Of a stretch of DNA of 64,000 nt, positions 50,895 to 59,709 are shown piece by piece. Each line of letters opens with the position of its first letter. Positions within the stretch are counted from its first letter, which is position 1. Both the position numbers and the translations under genes were made by a program. The notes under the pieces were generated by a model, which saw only the letters and a list, made by a program, of their open reading frames with translations, made no database searches and was not told the DNA's origin. The DNA comes from Candidatus Dormiibacterota bacterium (GTDB lineage: Bacteria > Chloroflexota > Dormibacteria > Aeolococcales > Aeolococcaceae), in the NCBI GenBank assembly GCA_963718525.1, contig OY970355.1, positions 576,001 to 640,000 of the forward strand, read 5' to 3'.

Positions 50895-51824
50895 TCAGCG
50901 CCGAGGTTTGGTTTGACCGTCCAGAGCTCTTGCCGCTGAGGTCAGCCTTCGAGAATGTCCAATCAAACCCAGCACGCGCTGTTGCACCGGCCGAGCGGGA
51001 AGCGCGCGCAGGATGCGCAGGGAGACCTCCTCGACCGAGCCGATGCCGTCGATCTCCGCGACCAGCCCTTGCTTGCGGTAGTGGTCGAGCACCGGCAACG
51101 TCTGCTCCAGGTAGACCGCAATACGACGCTGGGCGGTCTCCGGCCGGTCGTCCTCGCGCACGATGAGTTCCCTGCCATCCGCCACGCAGCTCAACGGTCG
51201 GGGTTGGTCCGGCTCGAACCCGTAGCTTCGTCCGCAGCCCGGGCAGGTCAACCTGGTCGTGACACGCCGGATCAGCTCAGCCTCGGGCACGTTCAGGTAC
51301 AGGACGCGGTCGAAGTCAGTCGCCATCGACGCCGCCAGCGCATCGAGCGCTCGGGCTTGCGGCACGGTGCGGGGGAAGCCGTCGAATAGGAAGCCGTCCC
51401 GGCGGTCGCTCCCCATTAGGCGCTCCCTGATGATGTCGATCATCAGCGCGTCCGGAACCAAGTCGCCGCGCTGCATGTAGGCTTGGACGCGCAGCCCCAG
51501 CTCGGTCCGCTCAGCCAGCTCGGCGCGCAGGATGTTCCCCGTCGCGATCGCGGGAATGTCGAGCCGCGAGGCTAAAAGGTCTGCCTGCGTCCCCTTACCA
51601 CTGGCCGGCGCCCCGAGGAGCAGGAGATTCAGCCGTGGACTGTCTCCGCGGACAAATGGTCGTGCTCGCTCCATCGGCAAGTCGAATTCAGTGGCACGAA
51701 TACCGGTATTGGGGAGTCCGGGCGCATGGGGGCTGAGGGCGGCTTCGACGACCAACGGGGCTGGGCTCGGTCGTTCCTCGACGATGATTGCCGGCTTCAC
51801 CCGGTGCACGACGGCAGCTTTCAT
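50895..51824 (-). CDS. adk: Adenylate kinase with N-terminal extension
   Basis: LLGAPASGKGTQA, GDLVPD, FDGFPRT, LID CPGC..CVAD, REDD. Confidence 0.9.
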   Translation of the reverse strand: MKAAVVHRVKPAIIVEERPSPAPLVVEAALSPHAPGLPNTGIRATEFDLPMERARPFVRGDSPRLNLLLLGAPASGKGTQADLLASRLDIPAIATGNILRAELAERTELGLRVQAYMQRGDLVPDALMIDIIRERLMGSDRRDGFLFDGFPRTVPQARALDALAASMATDFDRVLYLNVPEAELIRRVTTRLTCPGCGRSYGFEPDQPRPLSCVADGRELIVREDDRPETAQRRIAVYLEQTLPVLDHYRKQGLVAEIDGIGSVEEVSLRILRALPARPVQQRVLGLIGHSRRLTSAARALDGQTKPRR

Positions 51825-51903
51825 GGGGCAACTCCTCGCGAATCAGTTGGCATCGGCCCGGTTGGACGGATCCCAGTAAACGCTTGTGGCCCTGACCGGA
51901 CCA

Positions 51904-51938
51904 GGGCCGTTGGTCACGTGACTGGCGCCGAAGGTCCT
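51904..51938. promoter_or_regulatory. Tandem DosR/DevR-like boxes upstream of adk
   Basis: GGGCCGTTGGTCAC 51904-51917 and GCGCCGAAGGTCCT 51925-51938. Confidence 0.5.
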
Positions 51939-52040
51939 GCTGTATGCGGCGCTTCCAAAGAGCGTCCATCGCTGCGTTCGGCACGTCCGTCACGCCAGCA
52001 ACGCCGGCACTCCGCGCTGGTCAGCCAACTCGAGGAGGCT

Positions 52041-53219
52041 CTAACTGCGTTCGATCACCATGGCGATGCCCTGGCCACCGCCGATGCACATCGCCGCAAT
52101 GCCCAATTCCACGTCGCGGCGCGCCATCTCGTAAAGGAGCGTGGTGAGAATGCGTGTCCCGCTGGCACCGATCGGATGGCCCAGCGCAATGGCGCCGCCG
52201 TTGACATTGACCCTGTCCTCAGGGACGGCTAGCTCCCGACATACCGCCACCGACTGAGCGGCGAAGGCCTCGTTGAGCTCGAAGAGGTCGACGTCACGAA
52301 CACCGACGCCGGCCTTGTCCATAGCCTTCCGCGCCGCCGGTACCGGCCCGATCCCCATGATGCGGGGCTCCACGCCGGCGCTGGCGTAACTGCGGATCCG
52401 GGCCAGCGGACTCAACCCCTGGGCTTTGGCGCGTGAGGCGCTCATCACCACCATGGCCGCTGCGCCGTCGTTGATACCGCTTGCGTTGCCGGCCGTGACG
52501 GTACCGTCCTTTGTGAAGGCAGAGCGCAAGCCCGACAGGACATCCAGAGTGGTGGCGGGACGCGGATGCTCATCTGTGTCGACGAGAACCGTCTCCTTGC
52601 GACGGGCTACCGGCACAGGAACGATCTCGTCCTTGAACCGGCCCGCTTTGATCGCGTCGCCGGCCTTCTGCTGCGAGGCCAGCGCAAAGCCATCCTGATC
52701 GGCCCGGCTCACCTCCCATTCTTTGGCCACGTTCTCTGCGGTAATGCCCATATGGCAGTCGGTGAAGGCGCACCAGAGTCCGTCGCGGATGATCACGTCC
52801 ACCAGCTGCCCATGGCCGAGGCGATAGCCGTAACGCCCACTGTCCATCAGGTATGGCGCGCGCGACATGTTCTCCATGCCACCCGCCACCATGCACTCGG
52901 CATCGCCGAGGCGGATCGCCTGAGCGGCTAACGCCACCGTCTTCAATCCAGAGCCGCACACCTTGTTGACGGTCATGGCTGGGACGGCCGTCGACAGATT
53001 GGCCCCGAGCGCCGCCTGCCGCGCGGGGTTCTGGCCGAGGCCTGCCTGTAGTACGTTCCCCATGAGGAGCTCCTCGACCTGGTCGGCGTCGATGCCGGCG
53101 CGTCGGATGGCCTCCTCCACGACGATGGCACCGAGTGTCGTCGCCGGAACCTCAACAAATATGCCCCCCACTGTGCCCACCGGCGTCCGGACGGCGCTGA
53201 CGATGACGGCCTCTTCCAC
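52041..53219 (-). CDS. phaA: Acetyl-CoA acetyltransferase (beta-ketothiolase)
   Basis: [30 protein letters not shown]; lies in the PHA cluster. Confidence 0.92.
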   Translation of the reverse strand: MEEAVIVSAVRTPVGTVGGIFVEVPATTLGAIVVEEAIRRAGIDADQVEELLMGNVLQAGLGQNPARQAALGANLSTAVPAMTVNKVCGSGLKTVALAAQAIRLGDAECMVAGGMENMSRAPYLMDSGRYGYRLGHGQLVDVIIRDGLWCAFTDCHMGITAENVAKEWEVSRADQDGFALASQQKAGDAIKAGRFKDEIVPVPVARRKETVLVDTDEHPRPATTLDVLSGLRSAFTKDGTVTAGNASGINDGAAAMVVMSASRAKAQGLSPLARIRSYASAGVEPRIMGIGPVPAARKAMDKAGVGVRDVDLFELNEAFAAQSVAVCRELAVPEDRVNVNGGAIALGHPIGASGTRILTTLLYEMARRDVELGIAAMCIGGGQGIAMVIERS

Positions 53220-53505
53220 CCTGGTTGCCCTACTTGTAACGGACGGTCACGAACGGTCGCTCTCTCGCGGCGCGCCGACGCGCGAAGCGCCTCACTTCCA
53301 CGCACGATCCTACGCCGATTTCTCCCGACGTCTATCAAGGCGCCGGAGCGGACTCCAGCTGCAACCGCGGAGCCCGGTCAGCTTGATCAGCGTTGCCGCG
53401 GTGAGCAGCGGACGCATTCCCTGGGCCACGGTCTGCTCGATGGCCTCACGTCACGAGCACCAAGTTGGCACGTGGGCCGCGGGGCGGCCACAGAAGGTTG
53501 AGGTC

Positions 53506-53537
53506 AGGAGCGCGCAGCGTCGCGCTGGCGCTCCTGC
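53506..53537 (-). terminator. Hairpin after phasin-like gene
   Basis: CAGGAGCGCGCAGCG-tcg-CGCTGGCGCTCCTG. Confidence 0.5.
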
Positions 53538-53542
53538 CGGAG

Positions 53543-53824
53543 TCAGTTGGAGGCGACGGATCCCAGCTGCTTCAGAGTGGCGATCCCGAACTCGTACTGC
53601 CACTCGACAAACTTGGTCACGACGGCGAAGTTGCGATCCACCACGGTGTCGATGGCCGGAATTAGCTCCTCAGAGTTGGGAAGCGCGAACACGCTGAGCG
53701 GAACCAACACGGAGGTGATGCTCTTGAGGACCTCCGTAGCTGCAAGCTTGATCTCAGTCGTGCGTTGGAGGCCTTCCGCCACTGCAGCGTTGGCGGTGCG
53801 TGTGTAATCGGCGTAGTCGGTCAT
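53543..53824 (-). CDS. Small helical orphan, candidate phasin / granule protein
   Basis: 93 aa, amphipathic-looking (VVDRNFAVVTKFVEWQYEFG), GAGG RBS, consensus-like promoter, PHA cluster context. Confidence 0.65.
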   Translation of the reverse strand: MTDYADYTRTANAAVAEGLQRTTEIKLAATEVLKSITSVLVPLSVFALPNSEELIPAIDTVVDRNFAVVTKFVEWQYEFGIATLKQLGSVASN

Positions 53825-53877
53825 GACTGTTTCCTCGTGACCTCCGGGGCCCGTTGGGCTCCTACTGGAGAGGCTGT

Positions 53878-53910
53878 GCTAAGTCTACCAAGCGGACGCT
53901 AGGTTGTCAA
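53878..53910 (-). promoter_or_regulatory. Sigma70 promoter with overlapping palindromic operator
   Basis: Minus strand TTGACA-17-TAGACT; GCTTGG-TAGA-CTTAGC at 53878-53893 covers the -10. Confidence 0.75.
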
Positions 53911-54028
53911 CCCGAGGCTGCTCATGTCTCCAGCGATACCACCAAAGGCTGGTGCTCCATGGGTTCGAACGGACGGCTCGGAGGTGTCCTCGGGCTGGCC
54001 CGAAGGCCAACCGGTCGGTGAGGCAGAG

Positions 54029-54427
54029 CTAGCGGGACGCGACAGCCGCCAGTTCCTTCCAGGCGGTCTCGAGCGCCGAAAGATTCTCGCAACCGAGCAC
54101 GAGACTCGTGTCAGTCGCCAGGTACGCCACGGTCAGGTTGATGCCGGCGTCGGCGAGGCGACGCGTGACATTACCAAGCATGCCGGGGTGATTCTCAACG
54201 CGCTCAACGATCACTTCCGCCTCGCGGGTGACCTTGTAGCCGACCTTGGTGATGGCGCGGCCAGTCGCGGCTCTGTCTGTGGTCAGCAGGTGGAAGATAA
54301 CGCTCCCATTCTCCTCGACCGCAGACAGGCCCTCGATATTGATCTTCTCGCGCCCCAGCTCCTCCGCGAGGGTCGCAAGACTGCCCTTGGCGTGCGGGAC
54401 GACGATGGTGAAGTCATATGCGTACAT
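54029..54427 (-). CDS. Tandem ACT-domain protein
   Basis: PHAKGSLATLAEELGREKINI and ENHPGMLGNVTRRLADAGINL. Confidence 0.85.
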   Translation of the reverse strand: MYAYDFTIVVPHAKGSLATLAEELGREKINIEGLSAVEENGSVIFHLLTTDRAATGRAITKVGYKVTREAEVIVERVENHPGMLGNVTRRLADAGINLTVAYLATDTSLVLGCENLSALETAWKELAAVASR

Positions 54428-54554
54428 GACTGTCCTCCTGTGTCGGGCGCCGAGTAGCTCAGCTGGCCTGCGAACCACCGTGCGCGTGCTGTCATACAAA
54501 ACGCAACCGGTGCGAACCGCGCATTGTCATCGGGCGACGCATATGGGTCGCGAT

Positions 54555-54583
54555 GTGACATTCGGTCCCGTGGCGAATGTCAC
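54555..54583. promoter_or_regulatory. Perfect 10-bp inverted repeat / paired DosR-like boxes in a divergent promoter
   Basis: GTGACATTCG-N9-CGAATGTCAC. Confidence 0.6.
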
Positions 54584-54652
54584 TCGCCTCTGGTGGTGCG
54601 GACACAAGCGCGTCGATGCTGTCAGGAAACCGGCAGACACCGAAGGAGAACA

Positions 54653-56182
54653 GTGAGGAGCGCGACACGCACCCTTGGCGCCGATGCGACACTGCCGCTG
54701 TTGATCCAGGGCGGCATGGGTGTGGCAGTCTCCAACCATCGCCTCGCCCGCGCTGTGGCCATGACGGGTCATCTCGGCGTCGTCTCCGGGACGGCTATTG
54801 ATCTCGTGCTCGTGCGGCGGCTCCAGGACGGTGATCCCGATGGCGAGATGCGAAACGCGATTGCGCAATTTCCAGTGACCGCCATCGCAGAGCAGGTAAT
54901 GGAGCGCTACTTCCTTCCTGACGGGCGCCGCCAGCGTCCCTATCGCAACATCTCGATGCACTCACATCGCGACAAGCACGTGTCTCAAGACCTGCTCGTG
55001 CTCGCCGCGTTCGTCGAGGTGATGCTCGCCAAGCGCGGGCACGATGGACACATCGGCATCAACCTGCTGACCAAGGTGCAGATCCCTACAGTGCCGACGC
55101 TGTTCGGCGCGATGCTCGCGTCTGTCGACTACGTGCTCATGGGAGCGGGAATCCCCCGCGAGATACCAGGCATTCTCGACCGTCTCGCTGCGATGCTGGC
55201 GGTGGAGACACGGCTCGACGTCATCGGCGCCGCTGCCGCCGACACCATTCCCCATCTCCGCTTCGATCCCAATCGCTTCGATGTCAGCACTGCACCGCGC
55301 CGTCCGGCGTTCCTGCCAATCGTGTCGTCGCATACCCTGGCGACCGTCTTGGCCCGCAAGGCGAACGGCTCGGTCGAGGGCTTCATCGTCGAGGCACCGA
55401 CGGCGGGTGGGCACAACGCGCCGCCACGGGGCACGCCAACCTATGACGCAATCGGACAGCCGTGCTACGGCGAGCGCGACCACGTCGATCTCGCAGCCAT
55501 GCGCGCCCTGGGCCTGCCCTTCTGGCTGGCGGGCGGCAGGGACACACCGGAACGCGTTCGAGACGCGCTCGCAGTTGGTGCAACCGGCGTCCAGGTGGGC
55601 ACGCTCTTCGCCTTCTGCCGTGAATCGGGAATCGCGCCTGCGTTGCGCCGCGCCGTTCTCGACACCGTGGAGAGCGGGCGCGAATTCGTGCTCACGTCGT
55701 CACGCGCGTCGTCGACCGGGTATCCGTTCAAGGTGGCCTCGGTCCCCGGGACCCTGTCTGAGCGGGGGGTCTACACGGCCCGGACGCGCGTCTGCGACCT
55801 GGGCTACCTGCGCGAGGCATATGTGAAGTCAGGGGCCGGCGTTGGCTACCGATGCCCCGGCGAGCCGGTTGGCGATTATGTCGCCAAGGGTGGCGATGCT
55901 TCCGCCACCGTTGACCGCATGTGTCTGTGCAACGGCCTCGCGGCCACGGTCGGGCTCGGCCAGGTGCGGGTCGCCGGTCTTGAACCTGGCGTGATCACGA
56001 GCGGTGACGGCCTCGCCGCCGTACGGACGATGTTGATTGACGATGACGATTACTCCGCCGCCGATGTTGTCACTCACCTGCTGGGCGGCCTTCGGGGCGC
56101 GTCGGCGACCTCTGACGGACCTCATCTTGAGGCGACGAAAGACGGGTCACACTTGGAGGCGGCGCATACACGGAGTGTCTGA
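54653..56182 (+). CDS. Nitronate monooxygenase / FabK-like FMN enzyme with C-terminal Cys cluster
   Basis: LIQGGMGV, MGAGIP, AGGHN, GVQVGT; RVCDLG, YRCPGE, MCLCNGL; GTG after AAGGAG. Confidence 0.85.
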   Translation: MRSATRTLGADATLPLLIQGGMGVAVSNHRLARAVAMTGHLGVVSGTAIDLVLVRRLQDGDPDGEMRNAIAQFPVTAIAEQVMERYFLPDGRRQRPYRNISMHSHRDKHVSQDLLVLAAFVEVMLAKRGHDGHIGINLLTKVQIPTVPTLFGAMLASVDYVLMGAGIPREIPGILDRLAAMLAVETRLDVIGAAAADTIPHLRFDPNRFDVSTAPRRPAFLPIVSSHTLATVLARKANGSVEGFIVEAPTAGGHNAPPRGTPTYDAIGQPCYGERDHVDLAAMRALGLPFWLAGGRDTPERVRDALAVGATGVQVGTLFAFCRESGIAPALRRAVLDTVESGREFVLTSSRASSTGYPFKVASVPGTLSERGVYTARTRVCDLGYLREAYVKSGAGVGYRCPGEPVGDYVAKGGDASATVDRMCLCNGLAATVGLGQVRVAGLEPGVITSGDGLAAVRTMLIDDDDYSAADVVTHLLGGLRGASATSDGPHLEATKDGSHLEAAHTRSV

Positions 56183-56257
56183 TCGTTCTGCGGTCGTCGA
56201 CAGACCATCGCTCAGGCCCGGCGGGAGGGCCTAACCCTGGACTACGATGGTCGGACT

Positions 56258-57043
56258 ATGGCTGTCGTTGAGCCGGCTGCCAGCGATGCAGCGACGCCGC
56301 GCCTCTTCTCCGGAAAAGTGGCCATCGTCACCGGGGGTTCCCGCGGTATCGGTGCGGCGATCACCCGAGAGCTCATACGCCATGGCGCGCACGTGGCGGC
56401 CGGGTTCAACCGCGACGCCGAGTCCGCTGCGGCCTTGCGCGACGAGCTCTCCGGTCTCGGTGGCTCGATCTCGGTGCATCAGGGCAACGTTGGTGTCCCT
56501 GCGGACTGTACCCGCGTGGTCGACGAGGTCTTGACCGCATACGGTCAGGTCGACTTCCTGGTCAACAATGCCGGCATCACCGTTGACAAGACCGTCCGGA
56601 AGATGAGCGTCGAGGACTGGCATGCGGTGATGCGGATCAACATCTCGGGCGCGTTCTACATGATGAAGGCCGTTCTGGACCACATGCTCGAACGAGGCAA
56701 CGGGCGGATCGTCAATCTGAGCTCGGTCATCGGCCAGACCGGAAATATCGGGCAGGCCAACTACGCTGCCTCAAAGGCGGCGCTCTACGAACTCACCCAA
56801 AGCCTTGCGCTAGAAACGGCTCGCAAAGGGATCACGGTCAATTGCGTGGCCCCGGGATTCATCGCAACCGAGATGGTGGCCAAGATCCCGCAGCCCATCC
56901 TCGACGGCATCATCGAGAAGGTACCGATCCGGCGGCTCGGCCAGCCCGACGAGGTGGCTCGCGTGGTCCGCTTCCTTCTCGAGGATGAGTCGTCGTATAT
57001 CACCGGTGCGATGTACGCCGTGAACGGCGGCCTGTTCATGTGA
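56258..57043 (+). CDS. phaB: Acetoacetyl-CoA reductase (SDR)
   Basis: TGGSRGIG, NNAGIT, GQANYAASK, PGFIATEM; directly before phaC. Confidence 0.88.
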   Translation: MAVVEPAASDAATPRLFSGKVAIVTGGSRGIGAAITRELIRHGAHVAAGFNRDAESAAALRDELSGLGGSISVHQGNVGVPADCTRVVDEVLTAYGQVDFLVNNAGITVDKTVRKMSVEDWHAVMRINISGAFYMMKAVLDHMLERGNGRIVNLSSVIGQTGNIGQANYAASKAALYELTQSLALETARKGITVNCVAPGFIATEMVAKIPQPILDGIIEKVPIRRLGQPDEVARVVRFLLEDESSYITGAMYAVNGGLFM

Positions 57044-57050
57044 TCGGCTC

Positions 57051-58811
57051 GTGAGCAACGATGCCGGCGAGGACACCGCCTATGAGGCCCTGCTGGCCAA
57101 GGTAGACCAGAGCGATTTCGGAGGAGCGTTCCGCAGCGTGTTCCTCGGTGACGCGATACGTCACCCGCTGCACGTCGCGAAGGCCGGCCTGGATCTCTCG
57201 GCCGGGCAGGCCGCGGTAGCGGCGCGTGCTGCTCAGCGCGCATTGGGCCGCGGAAAGGCTGATCCGGTTGCTCCGGAGGACAACCGCTTTGCGGACCGGA
57301 CCTGGCAAGCGAACCCTGCCTTCCGGACCCTGGCCGAAAGTTATCTGAGCACCGTGCAGTGGGCGCGGCAGCTGGTCGAGACGTCTCACGCTCCCGCCGT
57401 CCAACGCGAAAAGGCGCGGTTCGCACTCGATCTCATGCTCGATGCGCTCGCTCCGACCAATGTGCCGTGGATGAATCCCGCCGTCTTGAAGGAGACATTC
57501 GAAACGGGTGGGCAGAGCCTCATCGCAGGCGCGAGCAACTTCGTCGACGATTTGCTTCACAACGGGGGACGGCCTCGACAGGTCGACGCCACATCATTCA
57601 GTCTCGGCAAAAACCTCGCGGCGACACCTGGGCGCGTGGTGATGCGCAACGCGCTCATCGAGTTGCTGATGTACAAGCCGCAAACCGATCTGGTCCACGC
57701 GCAACCGATCATGTGCAGCCCACCCTGGATCAACAAGTACTACATCATGGATCTGGCACCCGGGCGATCCTTCATCGAGTACGCGGTGCAGCACGGCTTC
57801 ACTGTGTTCTGCATCAGCTATCGGAACCCCGACGCGTCAATGCGGGAAGTCAGCTGGGACGACTATCTGCAGCTCGGGCTGATGGCGGCGCTCGACCAGG
57901 CGAGCATAATCACCGGCTCACCGGTTGTGAACATCGTCGGCCTCTGTCTCGGGGGAACAATGTCGACGATCGGCCTGGCCCACCTTGCGGCTAAGGGCAA
58001 GGCCGAACGAGTGGGCTGGATGACCGTCACCAACACGCTCGTCGACTTCAGCATCCCCGGCAATCTCGGCGTCTTCGCCGACCGCAAGAGCGTGGCACGC
58101 CTCGAAAAGAACATGAAGCAGCGTGGCTATCTGGAGGCGTCAGCGATGGCGCAGACGTTCGACTGGCTGCGCGGCAACGACCTGGTCTGGAATTACGTCA
58201 TCAACAACTGGTACATGGGCAAGACCCCACCAGCATTCGATCTCCTTGCGTGGAATGGGGACAGCACGAACATGCCGGCGGCGATGCACACGCAATACCT
58301 TCGAGCCTGCTACGTCGACAACCTGCTGATTCGCCCCGGTGCGTTTCAGATCGCCGGAACCCCGATCGATCTCAGGAAGATCAAGCAGCCCATGTACGTG
58401 CTCGGCGCCGAGAACGACCACATCGCCCCCTGGAAGGGATCGTATCTGACGACCCAACACGTCGGCGGCGAGGTGCGCTACACGCTGACGTCGAGCGGGC
58501 ATGTTGCCGGGATCGTCAATCCGCCCGGCAACCCGAAGGCCGCGTTCTGGACTCGCCCGCATGCGAATCGCGGTATCGATGCCGAGGCATGGCGAGCGGG
58601 AGCAGAACGTGTGAGCGGGAGTTGGTGGGACGACTGGGTTGCGTGGGCTGCCGAAAGGTCGGGGGAACTCGTTGCGCCGCCACGAGTTCCGCTCGGAGAC
58701 CCGGCACCCGGGAGCTACGCCAAGGGCGAGACGGCTCGACTCTTCGAAGCTCGATCCTCGGCACGCCGGTCCCAGCGTGCTCGAACTGGCGCAGCAGCGA
58801 AGAGTTCCTGA
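57051..58811 (+). CDS. phaC: Polyhydroxyalkanoate synthase (single-subunit, class I/II type)
   Basis: DNRF, PPWINKYYIMDL, lipase box GLCLGG, WNGD, NDHIAPW, SGHVAG, GSWW. Confidence 0.95.
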   Translation: MSNDAGEDTAYEALLAKVDQSDFGGAFRSVFLGDAIRHPLHVAKAGLDLSAGQAAVAARAAQRALGRGKADPVAPEDNRFADRTWQANPAFRTLAESYLSTVQWARQLVETSHAPAVQREKARFALDLMLDALAPTNVPWMNPAVLKETFETGGQSLIAGASNFVDDLLHNGGRPRQVDATSFSLGKNLAATPGRVVMRNALIELLMYKPQTDLVHAQPIMCSPPWINKYYIMDLAPGRSFIEYAVQHGFTVFCISYRNPDASMREVSWDDYLQLGLMAALDQASIITGSPVVNIVGLCLGGTMSTIGLAHLAAKGKAERVGWMTVTNTLVDFSIPGNLGVFADRKSVARLEKNMKQRGYLEASAMAQTFDWLRGNDLVWNYVINNWYMGKTPPAFDLLAWNGDSTNMPAAMHTQYLRACYVDNLLIRPGAFQIAGTPIDLRKIKQPMYVLGAENDHIAPWKGSYLTTQHVGGEVRYTLTSSGHVAGIVNPPGNPKAAFWTRPHANRGIDAEAWRAGAERVSGSWWDDWVAWAAERSGELVAPPRVPLGDPAPGSYAKGETARLFEARSSARRSQRARTGAAAKSS

Positions 58812-58821
58812 CCGACGATCC

Positions 58822-59277
58822 TCAGTGGGACGTCCGCTTCGCCCTGGCGGGCGCCGCCTTGGAGGGCACGGCTTTGGTGGCCGTCTTGCGCGCCGGGCGT
58901 GACGGGGTCGGGCGATCCGCTGACGGCTGCTGAGTGGCGATCAAGCCTCGATACACCTGGATCAATGCCTGCTTGGCTTCCTGAGTGAGCCGACCGTCCA
59001 CCCGGATGGCGTCCTCGACAGTCAGGATGGGGCGTTCCACCGAGTTATCGAGTAGGCCAGCCTCCCGGTACAGGGTCTCGGCGGACATGTCAAGCGCGTC
59101 CGCGATCCCCTTGAGCACTTGCGCTGATGGCGTATACACGCCGCGTTCGATCTGACTGAGGTAAGGATTCGACACCTTGGCCAGCCCCGCGAGCTGGCGC
59201 ATCGAGAGTGACATCAGCTCCCGCTGCGTGCGGATGAAGTCTCCTACTGACTTGAACGGTGGCGTGGGCTCGGGCAT
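58822..59277 (-). CDS. XRE-family regulator (Rv0474/MLDSR-like) with Lys/Ala/Pro-rich tail
   Basis: GDFIRTQRE..SMRQLA...VSNPYLSQIERG...SAETLY..AGLL..VEDAI..D..LT...KQAL; tail PARKTATKAVPSKAAPARAKR; TACCAT 6 nt before ATG. Confidence 0.88.
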   Translation of the reverse strand: MPEPTPPFKSVGDFIRTQRELMSLSMRQLAGLAKVSNPYLSQIERGVYTPSAQVLKGIADALDMSAETLYREAGLLDNSVERPILTVEDAIRVDGRLTQEAKQALIQVYRGLIATQQPSADRPTPSRPARKTATKAVPSKAAPARAKRTSH

Positions 59278-59291
59278 GAGCCAATGGTAGC

Positions 59292-59351
59292 GCTTGGGGA
59301 GCCAAGCTGATGGAGGGTTGACATAGGCAGCACCTGCTTGGTATACTAAGC
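59292..59351. promoter_or_regulatory. Divergent promoter with two GCTTGG-N4-CYAAGC operators
   Basis: GCTTGG-GGAG-CCAAGC 59292-59307; TTGACA 59318-59323, 18 nt, TGn-TATACT 59342-59347 covered by GCTTGG-TATA-CTAAGC 59336-59351. Confidence 0.8.
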
Positions 59352-59386
59352 ACTCCACAACAGCCTCGCTACAAAGGAGACCACCC

Positions 59387-59659
59387 ATGACCGACAACCA
59401 GACGTATCTGACCGACCTGCAGAAGCAGTTCCTGACTGCGCTCCAGAAGGTGGGCGAGGTTCAGGCAAAGCTCTACGAGGCAGTTCGCGATATGCCGGCA
59501 ACTCTCGAGAGTGGCCAGATGACTCCCGCCGAGATGGTGGAGAAGTCGTTCGACTTCGCGGCTCAGGTGCTCAACACCCAGCGCGATATGACCCTTCAGC
59601 TCATCAACGCCGCTGGTGGAACACCGACCAAGACCCGGACGGCGAAGCAAACCGCGTAA
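59387..59659 (+). CDS. Small helical orphan, candidate phasin / granule protein
   Basis: 90 aa, PAEMVEKSFDFAAQVLNTQRDMT amphipathic helix, basic tail; AAGGAG RBS. Confidence 0.75.
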   Translation: MTDNQTYLTDLQKQFLTALQKVGEVQAKLYEAVRDMPATLESGQMTPAEMVEKSFDFAAQVLNTQRDMTLQLINAAGGTPTKTRTAKQTA

Positions 59660-59662
59660 ACC

Positions 59663-59698
59663 CTCGATACGGGTCGAGGCGACTCGACCCGTATCGAG
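59663..59698 (+). terminator. Perfect 16-bp hairpin with GCGA tetraloop
   Basis: CTCGATACGGGTCGAG-gcga-CTCGACCCGTATCGAG. Confidence 0.75.
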
Positions 59699-59709
59699 TC
59701 CAAGCCACG

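Noticed and set aside
56113-56166. 27-nt imperfect tandem repeat (DGPHLEATK / DGSHLEAAH)
   Set aside because: Two copies in a variable C-terminal tail; probably a slippage duplication.
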